DNA of 63,389 bases, counting the filler, from Albugo candida (Eukaryota): the NCBI GenBank assembly GCA_040437565.1. It is 27 parts of 27 records of this genome, joined end to end, with 100 filler letters (N's around TTAATTAATTAA, not from the genome) between each part and the next. Parts side by side here need not be neighbours in the genome. Positions count along the whole stretch, not along the records: positions 49,791 to 51,987 come from JBDOQK010000334.1; positions 52,088 to 54,278 come from JBDOQK010000335.1; positions 54,379 to 56,558 come from JBDOQK010000336.1; positions 56,659 to 58,838 come from JBDOQK010000337.1; positions 58,939 to 61,115 come from JBDOQK010000338.1; positions 61,216 to 63,389 come from JBDOQK010000339.1; 21 more parts are not named here. One strand, given 5' to 3'. The notes under the pieces are model-generated. The model worked only from the letters and a program-made list of their open reading frames with translations, had not been told where the DNA came from and searched no databases. Below, in pieces: positions 51,369 through 62,984 of the stretch; position 1 is the stretch's first letter; every line of letters begins with the position of its first letter. Made by a program: the position numbers and the translations under genes.

Positions 51369-53337
51369 TATAATCTATATATATTGTGCCAAGATTAGTT
51401 TATGAAAGATTATACGCGTAATATGGAATCGTAAGTACCAAAACAAAAGTAGTAAGAGAAGAAAAGGTTTTTAATATAAATTTTTTGTGTGGCTTAAATA
51501 ATAAATACTAGTAATGATTATGTGTGCTAATGGTATCCTTGTGTTACTACATGTGTGCTAGAACCTGTGGCTTGTTCTATACATACTGTTCTTTACGTGC
51601 TGGAACAATTTAGGACTCCGAAGTGTGTGGATCGGGAGTGTTCTAGCACATAGTGGATTTTGTTCCAGCACGTAAGAGACCTGTTTTAATAAACACAGTT
51701 ACCATTTATTTTTGGGTTTGGTGGGTGGGTGTGGGTGTGGGTGTGGGTGGGTGAGTGTCGACCATATTTCTAGCAGTTGAGTGTAGGGGGGTTTGGGGGG
51801 CTTGCCCCCCAAGAGCAACTCAAGCAGTTGAACGACGACTGTATTTCTAGCAGTTGAATGGCAACCATTATTTTGAGCAGTAAATTGATCATGTAATGTA
51901 TGCAACTCGATTTCCTTTTATATTTTTTTTCACGCTTCACATTTATTTTTAATCAATAAAAAAAAAGTTACCGATTTATTTTATCTTNNNNNNNNNNNNN
52001 NNNNNNNNNNNNNNNNNNNNNNNNNNNNNNNTTAATTAATTAANNNNNNNNNNNNNNNNNNNNNNNNNNNNNNNNNNNNNNNNNNNNGCCCCTACGCTGC
52101 GCTTCGGGTTTGCTGACCTTCATTACGTAGAAGTACGCTTCGCTTTAAAATAGGCTCGCACCTGCCGTGGGCATGCCTGCGGCGCAACTATGGACGCACT
52201 CAAGTTTTATCAGAATTTATAAACAAATGTTTTATCAATATTTAAATCGTAAATTCCCATCTGATGAAATAAATGTGCGGGCATAGATTTATAATGTAGT
52301 GCACCTTGTTCTACCACTAACATCATTCAGTCTGAAAAGGAAATTTATGAAACGGGAAACCATTCAAACAAAATTTTTGAAACTGATATATATTGTTAAT
52401 ATTGGTATTTCGAAAAGATTGACGGTCTCATTTGTTCAGGTTAATTATAGTCGCTGTCGAGGAACATGACTTTAAATTTTTTTCCAAAAAAGAATCATGT
52501 ATTTTCATTGGTTTATAAGAGTCCCATACGCTATATGTGTTTCTATTACACCAGAAAAATAGTGCACTTCGTTTTTTTTTAATTGTTAATAGGAACATCT
52601 ATATTTTCTATCTTTTTTAGTTCTGTGTTATTAGCATGTTTATAGCATTTTTTAGAGCAATTTCTTTACGGGAGGTATCAAATTTTTTTTTGCTCTAAAG
52701 TTTAGTGAAACCACGGTTTACTATTTCCATATTTAGGACTGAATTTAATCATGTTTGATCGACCATTTTAGGAGTTCGAAAGAAAATAAAAATTGATTGA
52801 GAGCATCGTTTATAATATTTTGACTTTGAGGTATTTGTTCTTGTTCCTTCCTTTTATCTTTTATTTTTCTGATCTCACCTATAAAAAAAATTTAACATGA
52901 CTAACCAAAGAAGAAATTCTGCTAGACGTGTTGATTCTTGTAATCAACGTCAATTAGAAAACTTCAACTCTACAGAACATCTGCACGCAATGATGTTCGC
53001 ATCGCTCGTCAATTGAGAGAAAGTGCAGGTCCTCTTGTTGATGCAATTGATGCAACGGGTAAGGGGATCTGGAAAGTAAAAAAAAAAAAAAAAAAAACTT
53101 GAAAAAGCTACTTAATAAAAGGAAATAGGTTCTCATGTGTTGACAGAATTTTTGTTCATTTTATTGAATGACTAAGACTATGTCATTTCTCAAGGACCAA
53201 GATTGTTGGGACTGTTAAATCACCTTCCTCATGAGAGTGATGTGTTGCTACATATAACTGATTTTTGTAAGTTGAATGTTGTTTTGGTTAATCTTTTATT
53301 TTTATTCACTATTTTCTTTTTTTTTTATAAAAAAAGC

Positions 53338-53972
53338 AGTCTCAACAGCTCCAGGTGGCTCATCTTCACCACCTATAGCTCGTATAGGTGAACCTGTGTT
53401 TCACCTTGGAGATGGGCATTTTTTCACTCGTCTTGATGTCGAACATCGTTTGGACACCTACCTCGCCGACATTAATTTGGAACATTTCATGATGTTTTGG
53501 AATGAAGAAGAGTTGGTTGTGGAACGCTTGCGTTTGAGAGACCTCTTGGACATTTTGGAAATGGATTGTCTTCTCCATGTTGAACCCAGCTTGCAATTAC
53601 ATGTAAGAATGATCACAAATTTTTACAATTATTATGCATTGCAAAGATCAATTGTGGCTTCTATGACCAACATAAGAAGAGAGAAAACTGGGTCTGGAGA
53701 GGTGGTCGGCGATGTTACAAATGCAGAAATGTATAGAGGTAAGAAAGAGGGACAATCTAGAAAACGAAAATTTGTCTGCTTATAACCTTTTTTTTAAAAA
53801 TAAAATTTTTCGAGGAAGAGCAGCAAGCATTAATCGCTGGTCATATGCTGCATCTTCTCTTGTAAGATTGATTGATTTTGGTGGATTGGTTGTTTTCGTG
53901 GTACCTGAAGTCAGCAACATGCAGAACGTAGTCAGTCGTGCTAGGGGTTATGCTGAGGCTCGTGACCAATAG
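53338..53972 (+). pseudogene. Unknown multi-exon gene, apparently frameshifted
   Basis: Exon-like ORF PPIARIGEPVFHLGDG... overlaps a second frame (SAYNLFFK...WSYAASSLVRLIDFGG). Upstream short exons run from ~52897. Confidence 0.4.
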
Positions 53973-54378
53973 ATGAGAAACGGGGAATCAACCTTGACAG
54001 AATGTTTGGTAAGAAGAAACGACAATTATAAAGAGATTCATTTCGTGTTAGAAATGAATCGTGAATATATGCTTTTATTTTATTAAATAATAAAAAAAAT
54101 GTTTCTTCTTTCCTTTTACATTTATTTTTGCTTGTGAGATTTTGGCTTTAAACATAACATTTTTGAAAATCATATTAAGCGTGAACTTCGAAATAAAATA
54201 AGCGTGACTTTGAAACAATAAGTATGACTTCAAAAGGGTTAAGCTGGAGCTTCAAAAATATTAGCGCGAGCTTCGAAANNNNNNNNNNNNNNNNNNNNNN
54301 NNNNNNNNNNNNNNNNNNNNNNTTAATTAATTAANNNNNNNNNNNNNNNNNNNNNNNNNNNNNNNNNNNNNNNNNNNN

Positions 54379-54440
54379 TCTAGGCTCGCGGCCTTTTTTT
54401 GAGCTCGTTAACCGCAAATCAAAGCTCGCGAGCACCCCTA
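54379..54440. mobile_element. Right end of a hAT-like element (TIR GCTCGCGAGCACCCCTA)
   Basis: Its reverse complement matches the TIR at 61066 (16/17); both share an internal GGC.TTTTTTTGAGCTCGT.AACC motif. Confidence 0.6.
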
Positions 54441-54849
54441 CTTAGCAGCAATGTCCTAAATTTGCAGCGCAAGTCATAACATGCTCTAAATGAGGAAATG
54501 AGGGGCATCGTTTAAGCAGTCCTAATTTTTCTAATAACAACACTATTAATATGGCAAGAAGAGGGACACCTTCACTTAAAGAATGTCACGATCTTTGACG
54601 AATGGATCAACACCGAATTAATTGTAGAGAACAGGAAAAAGTAATAGTGAGCCTTGTTTTCCAAGTACCTGTTGTACTAAAGAGAAATGCATACGAGAAT
54701 TATCTAGTATAATTTTGAGTCTTTTGACAAGATTGGATAAAAAAAGCGTCGAGTTCAAATCCAATATTAGAGCCTATAACAGTGTTTTGGGTTTTACATC
54801 ACTTTGATGCAGCCTTGATCAATCACTTGCTATAATGTTGTAGTACAGA

Positions 54850-56060
54850 ATTACTTGTCATGATTCATAATTTTTTTAAATTTCAGTAAGGCATTGTTAG
54901 CTTTATCGCCTCACTTAAATTTAACATTTTTCTTAAGTAATTCAGTGAGAGAAGCGTAACGTTTTGAATAGTTTTTCACAAATCTTTTTAGAATTTGTGA
55001 AATCTAAAAACACTTGCGTATCGTGTTTAATTTAGAGAAGGTTTCCACTTGGCAATAGCAGATATCTTTTCATGGTCCACTGATATTCCTGAAGGTTTAA
55101 TTATAAACCTAAAAATTAAACAGTGCTAAAATAAAATTCACATTTTTCTAGTTTCAATGAATTCTATCATCCTTTAATTTTTGTAAGAATAATTTTACGT
55201 GATGATCATGTTCTTCTTGATTATCAGAAAAAATAAGGGAGTCATCGAAGAATGAATCAAGGTATTATTTGAATACATCATTGACAAAATCTTGAAAAGT
55301 TTCTCCTGCTGACGTAAGACAGAAGGAAAAATATTATACTGAAAGTGTTCATACCGACAACGAAAAGCTGTTTTTCATGCATCTCCTTTTGATGTTCTAA
55401 TTAAATTGTATGCGCCACGCATATAAAATTTCGTATAAATTGTATCCGAATGTAATCTATCAAGGGTTTCGGGTATTAATGGCAATAAACACCAATTTGG
55501 AATAGTATTTTATTTAATGCACGGTAATCTACACATAAACGAAGTGTACTATCATGTTTTTTTTTACAAATGAAACAGGGCTTTCTGCAGGTGATTCAGA
55601 ACGTTCAATAAATTTTTTTGCAAAGTTATCCTGAAGATAATGGTACAAGGTTTTTAATTCAACATTTGACATATTATATAAAGGTTCATAAGGTAGCTCA
55701 GTCGTCGTATTTCCTTTATAAAAATCGAATGTAATTACTCTGGCCATTCAGTCATACACTGGCTTGTGTCACGTATTATAACTGAATAGACTATATATGT
55801 TAGCAATACAAGATTATAACTCCTCCTAAAAGTATATGATTTGATATAAAAAGGGCAACTATTCTTTTACCATGAAAAGCTCTCCATCCAAAAATAAAGG
55901 ATAATAGAGACTCATTTCTTACTTCTTTTATTTTAAGTTGTTTATTACATAAAACCTTTTTATTACAAATCATTACATCAGTGTCAAGTGATAAAGGAAT
56001 AATATAATCATACACACGATGTGGTGGTAATTTATCAGCCTCAATTTTAGAAAACACGGA
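54850..56060 (-). pseudogene. Degenerate Ty3/Gypsy (Tf1/Tf2-like) reverse transcriptase
   Basis: VFSKIEADKLPPHR.YD, PLYNMS..EL, FI..S.SP..SPV.FVKK, LRLCVDYRALN, RGAYNLIR, KTAFRCRY, FDDSLIFS...EH; many frameshifts. Confidence 0.9.
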
Positions 56061-56487
56061 TAGAACGTCCTTATACTTATTGGGAAGTTTATTCTTAATC
56101 TCAATTTCTTCCTTAATTGAATCATTATGTATTAACTTCAGTAGTATTTAACTTGTGGATCATTATATTTAGATTCTTAATGTTACATAAAACGTTCAAG
56201 TGATGGGTGCTAGAATGCAAAGAATTTATTTCATTATTTTCAAGAAGAAAATTATCGGGGGCAGAGATTGGAGTAAGAGCAAAAATAGAAACTCCAGGTT
56301 CATAATCAGATACAATTTCATCACCAGAATCATTTGAATCATCATCCAAACAGTAATCAAAAATTTCTTGGTAATAGTTTTCACAAGAAACAGAATCTTC
56401 GTAGTTATACGTATCGTCATCATCAGTATCAGTAGAATAAATAGGTGAGTCTTCATTATCATAAGTCATACTATTTTCAGCATCAAC

Positions 56488-56558
56488 AGAGTAACTAGGA
56501 GAGTAACTAGGAGAGTAACTAGAAGAGTAACTAGAAGAGTAACTAGAAGAGTAACTAG
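56488..56558 (+). repeat. 12-bp tandem repeat (AGAGTAACTAGR)n
   Basis: About 6 units running to the contig end. Confidence 0.9.
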
Positions 56559-57210
56559 NNNNNNNNNNNNNNNNNNNNNNNNNNNNNNNNNNNNNNNNNN
56601 NNTTAATTAATTAANNNNNNNNNNNNNNNNNNNNNNNNNNNNNNNNNNNNNNNNNNNNTTTGTAAAAGAAAACCCTCTAATTTCTTTATATAGATTCTGC
56701 CTCCAATGGCCAATTGAAAAAAAACATTCCTTGGTCAGATTTGTCGGATAGAGGTCGCTCTGGGGACTTGGTGTTGATGGGTTGGCCAGCACATATTGAT
56801 CTAAAAAGCAAGATAAGCATGAGTGATATGGAAAAGATAGAAGGTCTTATCGACGATAAAACAATTTTCTTTTCTAGACCAGAAAATCCAAACCTCAACT
56901 AATATTAGTTCAGTTAAGTGATTTATGTTGCGAAATAAAAAGCTCATCAATGTTTACATGATAGATTTACATATTCATTTCAAGACGATAATGTGATTAC
57001 TTGTCTTTTTTTTCGTTAGAGCACCACGTAGTATTTTGACTTTGCCGAAAAACACTTTCTTAATTGGCAATTATAAAAAACAAACAAACTCAAATGAAAA
57101 ATAATTTCAAAATGGGAAAAGCAAAGCTTTGTTCCACAAATTATATTCTAAAGTAAGTTCCGTAATATGAGGTTTACTTCGAAAAGCACACTTAGTTTAA
57201 TAAAAAAAAT

Positions 57211-57935
57211 TTATTTTAAATTATATCTTTCTTCTTCACTCTCTTCTCCCTCATCCTCCCACTCTTCTTCTTCCTCTTGATTTTCGCCTTGAGCCTCTTC
57301 CTCCGCTCTTTTGTTTGCTACAAATGCACTTTCCAAAAGAGACGTCGTTTGTTCACGCTCGGGAAAAAAGTAGCTGTTGTATTCCGTTTTAGGTTTGAAC
57401 GAAGTGGTCACAAAACAAGAAAAAAAAGCACAGGAAGCAACAAGACCAGGTCGGATCAAAGCAGGTCTTTTCTTATATAAAGCAAGAAAAGCGTCCAATT
57501 CGGACTCCGTAAGAGGTCTCTCAAAGAGTCTAGGATTAAGGCCCAAAGAGTTAAAAAACCCTTCAGCACCAGGGAAGGAGGCCAAAGATTTTGCATCGAA
57601 CGCCGAGCCACTGTCAATGATCTTGTTCTGCTTCAAAATCGACTCACAGAAGCGGAAACAAAGGAGGGGTAAAGCAAGTAGATCACTGTATTCTTTGGCC
57701 ATTTGAATAGCTCTTTATCAATTTCAATAAAAAGATTTAATTTATTGTGGCCATTACTGACCATCAACAACTTGTAGTCATGTCTGAGGCGTTGAAGCTT
57801 GCGACTGACTTTTTCAGATTGCAATCTGATTCCTTCAATTCTAAATGCCTCGCAAGTTTTGCAAATTTTTTTATTATGAGGCTGAGCATACATAAAAGGG
57901 CAAGTGTTGTGGCGACGACTTTTGGTAGGGGTCAT
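57211..57935 (-). pseudogene. Frameshifted homolog of the 273-aa protein at 10259-11080
   Basis: ORF 57633-57935 ends ...LFIEIDKELFKW (cf. LLLQFEVELMKW). A 1-nt shift near 57700 joins it to AKEYSDLL...LASFPGAEGFF...IRPGLV and an acidic tail. Confidence 0.7.
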
Positions 57936-58385
57936 GGTTTACTTGAAAAAAAAATCAAAAGAATAAAGATCTTTGCGACATGTTAACATATACTTCTTTA
58001 ATCTAACTTTGGTTTGCCTGTCACAAAATTTAAATTTTGACATATTTGTGTAACAGTAGTTTACTTTAATTTATCAGGTCGTTAGTATAAGCTATACTAC
58101 ACGCTGTACGCTAAAACATAAAACGACAGTAGATGTAAAAGAGACTAGTATTGACTTGAGTTTTTAATAATTGACCAATATGAAGGACGCTTGAATTTTT
58201 TAGTGAAAGCATCTGTGGAATATTGTTCTACGCCAATTTAATTGATTTGATGTTGCTTTTACTTTGCAACGAAATGCTGTAGGGCATATACATAGCGAAA
58301 CAGAGTATGCAAAGATAGGCGTCCTAAATAAGAAAAATAATATCGAGCAAAAATAGTGACACCTACGCTGTCGTCTCCTCAACAT

Positions 58386-58682
58386 ATACGACACTCTGAA
58401 TGTCGTTTTTTGAAGTGTACGACAGTCTGAGCGTCGTCACTTTTGAAGTATACGACAGTCTGAGTGTCGTCACTTTTGAAGTATACGACAGTCTGAGTGT
58501 CGTCACTTTTGAAGTGTACGACAGTCTGAGTGTCGTTACTTTTGAAGTGTACGACAGTCTGAGTGTCGTTGTTTCAAGTAACGACGTCCTGAGTGTCGTT
58601 TTTTTAAAGTGTACGACATCCCAAGTGTCATCTTTTCAAAGTGTACGACATTCTGAGTGTCGTTTTTCCAAATGCTCGACGA
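58386..58682 (+). repeat. 33-bp tandem repeat with internal hairpin (TTTGAAGTRTACGACAGTCTGAGTGTCGTCACT)
   Basis: About 5 near-identical units plus degenerate flanking units. Each unit has inverted arms ACGACA...TGTCGT. No unique spacers. Confidence 0.9.
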
Positions 58683-58938
58683 TAAGACTGTAATCGTTAT
58701 AAGTTATTGTTTCTTTAATGATTAGCATACTATGAGTTGTTGTGCCAAAGTGAATGTGATACAATATATAATAGCTTGCATTTATGACGACTTTCTATAT
58801 CACAAAAAAACATTTTATGTACTTTAGCTTAAGGTATTNNNNNNNNNNNNNNNNNNNNNNNNNNNNNNNNNNNNNNNNNNNNTTAATTAATTAANNNNNN
58901 NNNNNNNNNNNNNNNNNNNNNNNNNNNNNNNNNNNNNN

Positions 58939-61026
58939 TGAATCAGCAACATCCCAAGGAAGACCTTTGATGTAACCTTTATAGTTAACCCTTTCAAGTA
59001 CGTTACCAGCATTTTCACCAACTAACGATTTCGATTTAATTAATTTTTTGTATCTTCCAATAGTTCTTTCCATTGATCTTGCTGAATATGAACGTAAAAC
59101 ACCTTGTTGTTTTATCATGAAGGTGACATGAGACAAAAGATGTTGAACAGGCTTGAGAACACCAGGCTTGATATTAGATTTATCAATTTCATCATGGAGG
59201 AAATCATACCAACTTTTAAGGTATCTATAAATATAAAATATATTTTTATTTATTTATTTATTTATTTATTGACACTTTTTTTTTCATTACCTATCCATTT
59301 TTTCAAGATCTTGAACTGTTATTTCCCACTTCAAAGACATTGCACAAAATTTGACTAATTTAAGGACTGGTGCTCTTGCGTTTTCATTTTCAAAAAAAGG
59401 TACAACTTGACTTGGTACAATATATAGCATTAAATCAATCCAATCAACTCCTCTGTTGCCACCACTATACTTAAAAGGATCCATAAACTTGTGTGAAAAT
59501 GACGAAGGTACAGTTTCTCTTGATTCACCGATTAATTTACCAACATTTAACAGATCTTGTTTAGGTACGGAAAATGGAAAAGGAAATAAGTCACCATCTT
59601 CATCAGTTTCACGAAGAGCTATACATTTATTATATTCTTTACCAAGAGTTGTTGTAACTAGATCATATAAATGTTTAGCCACTCCTTGTCCCACAAGATG
59701 CAATTCATCAAGACCAAAGAAAGAAGCTCCTGTAAAGGTTGGTAATTCTGCAAAGATAGTAACTCCTTTAATTCCAACATTCTGTTAAACAGCAAATTAA
59801 AAAGTTAGAGCTTAAAGAAAGAACTAGTGTGATGAATTTACTTACATTTTGTGAATCGACTTCAGTAAAATCAGTTGTTGGTCTTATGTCTGGATTACGT
59901 TCAAGAAAACAAGTTCTACTATCAATCTTTTCTGTTTGTATTCTACAAATTCTACATCCAAATGTTGCAGTATGAGTGGCGTGTTTTGCTATTTCTGCTA
60001 CTGCAGGTATATCTCCTGTTGCCATCACCAAATTTACTTTTGCTTTGCAAACTTGTTCACCGTTTCTACAAACTGTCATTCCATCGTTTGAAAGTTTTTT
60101 CAATTCATCCACAAATGGTTTCAAGAAAGAGTCCATGTCTTTAGGGTATTTGGGACCGGGAAGGACCCCAAGTTGAATCATATAACTGTCTTGATATCTA
60201 TGTTATATAAAGTACGGGTATTAATAATTATTGTTATTATTTGTAGTTATTAGAATACAAACCTGAATTGAGGAGGAATATTAAAATTAATTAAATGTAA
60301 AATTGTAAGCTTTGAACTTTTACTACTTTTTGTAGCAGTAAAGCCATCAATGAAAAAACCCAAAGCAACATCATCAACGCCAGAAAAAAGATCTGTATTA
60401 TTCAAAAAATGTTTGTAAACAGCACCATCAAAATAGTCACGATAAACACCTTCTTCAAATTCATAGTTAGAACGATATTTCATCAAGTCTCTTGTCTTTT
60501 CATTAGCAAGCATTGTTGCAATTTGTTGACCAATGGAAAACATTTTCATCTGTCTTTTGGGTCTTCTTGTGGATTCAGCACCTTGGGTAGGATGATATCT
60601 TTCTGATTTACAATAGGGACATTCAACTTCATCTTCACCATTGAATAACACACAACCATCTTTGCAACAAACATCATACTTAATAGTTTTATTTGGAGTT
60701 TTTCTACTCAGTACAGCATTGATATGATCAGGAAACATAAGTGAAGAGGGTTCTTTCCCTACATTTAAAATGAATAAGTGTAAGCAGAATATTCTGAAAG
60801 GTAAACTTTATTTTTGTATACATACATGAAGGACGATTTTCATCTAAATTATTTCTTAATATAGTTCTGAAAAGATAAACAAGTTCTCTTGCAGCTTCTC
60901 TCGAAACACCATATGTGTCACAAATATCACTGAATTGAATGCTATTGAGTTCTGTTTCAGTAAAAGTGTTTACACCAGCAGAAGTAACATTATAGATAAT
61001 TTCATCTTCTTCATCAACCATAGATT
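58939..61026 (-). mobile_element. CACTA/EnSpm-like (Transposase_21-type) transposase, multi-exon, truncated
   Basis: YDVCCKDGC..F....ECPYCKSERY, DYFDG, FFIDGF, NIPPQFR, VLPGPKYPKDMDSFLKP, GDIPA, FGCRIC, GLDELHL, YSARSMERTIG. Confidence 0.9.
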
Positions 61027-61065
61027 CTAATATAAATGACAAGAGAGTAAGTTGATTAATACATT

Positions 61066-61115
61066 TAGGGGTGCTCACGAGCCGGCTCGTGGCATTTTTT
61101 TTGAGCTCGTGAACC
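61066..61115. mobile_element. Left end of a hAT-like element (TIR TAGGGGTGCTCACGAGC) inserted in an intron of the CACTA gene
   Basis: TAGGGGTG terminus typical of hAT TIRs; matches 54424-54440 in inverse orientation. Confidence 0.6.
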
Positions 61116-61215
61116 NNNNNNNNNNNNNNNNNNNNNNNNNNNNNNNNNNNNNNNNNNNNTTAATTAATTAANNNNNNNNNNNNNNNNNNNNNNNNNNNNN
61201 NNNNNNNNNNNNNNN

Positions 61216-61365
61216 TTTGTGAACCGTCACAAAATAAAAATCGTTGACGATTTGTGAACCGTCACAAAATAAAAATCGTTGACGATTTGTGAACCGTCAC
61301 AAAATAAAAATCGTTGACGATTTGTGAACCGTCACAAAATAAAAATCGTTGGCGATTTGTGAAAT
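61216..61365 (+). repeat. 35-bp tandem repeat built of two palindromes
   Basis: Unit TTTGTGAACCGTCACAAAATAAAAATCGTTGACGA, about 4 copies; a degenerate second block lies at ~61560-61660. Confidence 0.92.
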
Positions 61366-61699
61366 GTCACCAATGAATTTTTTTTTTAAGAAGAGAGAAT
61401 AAACATAGCTTCTTTTTGATATAATTTAAAGGATTAGTGTGCACTTTCACTCAATAAACGGAAAAATGTTAGATGAATTCATATCAGAGATAAACCATGA
61501 AGAAAGTATGCAGGAAGAATAGAAGATAGTTACTTTATATATTGCTCTTATATAAATGATTATTCGTGTAGTCACAAAAATAAATCGTTGGCGATTTGTG
61601 TGTAGTCACAAAAATAAATCGTTGGCGATTTTCATGTAGTCACGAATCGTTGGCGATTTGCATTAAAAAACGTTAGTGGAGAGCAAGTGTGATTTAACG

Positions 61700-62710
61700 T
61701 GTGGGTGGATCGCGCATGTATTTATAGTGTAAATAAGTGGATAGCAAATTCGTGTGGGAGGATCGCGTTTGAGTGGTGGATCGCAAATTTGGGTGAGTGG
61801 ATCGCGCACGTGTTTATAATGTAAACTGGTGGATCGTATTATTGTACGGTGGATCACGTTTGTATGGTGGATCGCGTTTGTGTGGTGGATCGCAAATTTG
61901 TGTGGGTGGATCGCGCCCGTAGTTTGGCTGAGGAGTTTGAATTGTAAAAATAAAGCATCTCACACAAAAAAGTTTTGTGAAAAAATCACTTTGGTGAAGA
62001 AAACCCATTTTCGGCCAAATGAAATATGATTAGGCGGAAAATTTGGCGGAAGAAAAATGTCCAGGCAAATAAAAAACCATTGGGCGAAAATTTTGGCTCG
62101 TGGGCGGATCGCAAATTTATGTGGGTGGGTCGCATTTGTCTGGTGGGTCCCAAATTTGTATGCGTGGATCACGCTCGTATTTATAGCGTAAACAAGTCGA
62201 TCCACTTATTAACACTGTAATACGTGCGCGATCCTCCAACACAAAAATGCGATCCACTTGTTCACACTATAAATACGCGTGCGATCCACCTACACAACAT
62301 TGCGATCGACTTGTTTACAGTATAAATACGTGCGTGATACACTCACACAATCTGCGATCTACTTGTTTACACTATAAACTCTTGCGCGATCCACTCACAC
62401 AAAAATGCGATCCTCTTGTTTACACAAATACGTGCGCGATCCACTCACACAAATTTGCGATCCAGTTGTTTACACTATAAATACTTGCACGATCCACTCG
62501 CCCAAATTTGCGATCCATCACACAAGCGCAACCTACCAACTCCACCTGTGCGCTAGGGTGATTCAGTTATTGGAACCCGTTTTTTGCGTTGGTAAATCGC
62601 GTTTGTGTGGTGCATCGCGCATGTACTTATAGTTTAAACAAGTGATTGTATTTTTGTGTGAGTGGATTGCGCACCCATTCATAGTGTAAACAAGTGTTGG
62701 TGGATCGCGT
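61700..62710. repeat. Array of GTGGATCGC motifs in alternating orientation blocks (foldback-like)
   Basis: GTGGATCGC dominates ~61700-62175, GCGATCCAC dominates ~62195-62520, and forward copies return at ~62590-62710. Confidence 0.75.
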
Positions 62711-62984
62711 TGTTGATATTGTTCGACTTTTAGTTCGACTTATTCTAGTCCGACTTTTCCTAGTCCGACTATTTTCCAGTTCGATGAGTCAGTTCGATTA
62801 TTTTCTAGTTCGACGAATCAGCCCGACTACAGATTCTTTAGGGGCCAGTATTGAATTGATTGGGTCTATGAAAAGTTATAATCGCACTGTAAAATGAGTT
62901 GAACGGATAACTTAGACTGCATATAATTATAACTACGATATATTGTATGTTGTAATAGTTAATTCTATTAATATATAATTTGGA

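Noticed and set aside
58386-58682. CRISPR-like palindromic 33-bp repeats (also the 35-bp array at 61216 and the 27-bp array at 4268)
   Set aside because: Units are head-to-tail with no unique spacers, there are no cas genes, and the context is eukaryotic.
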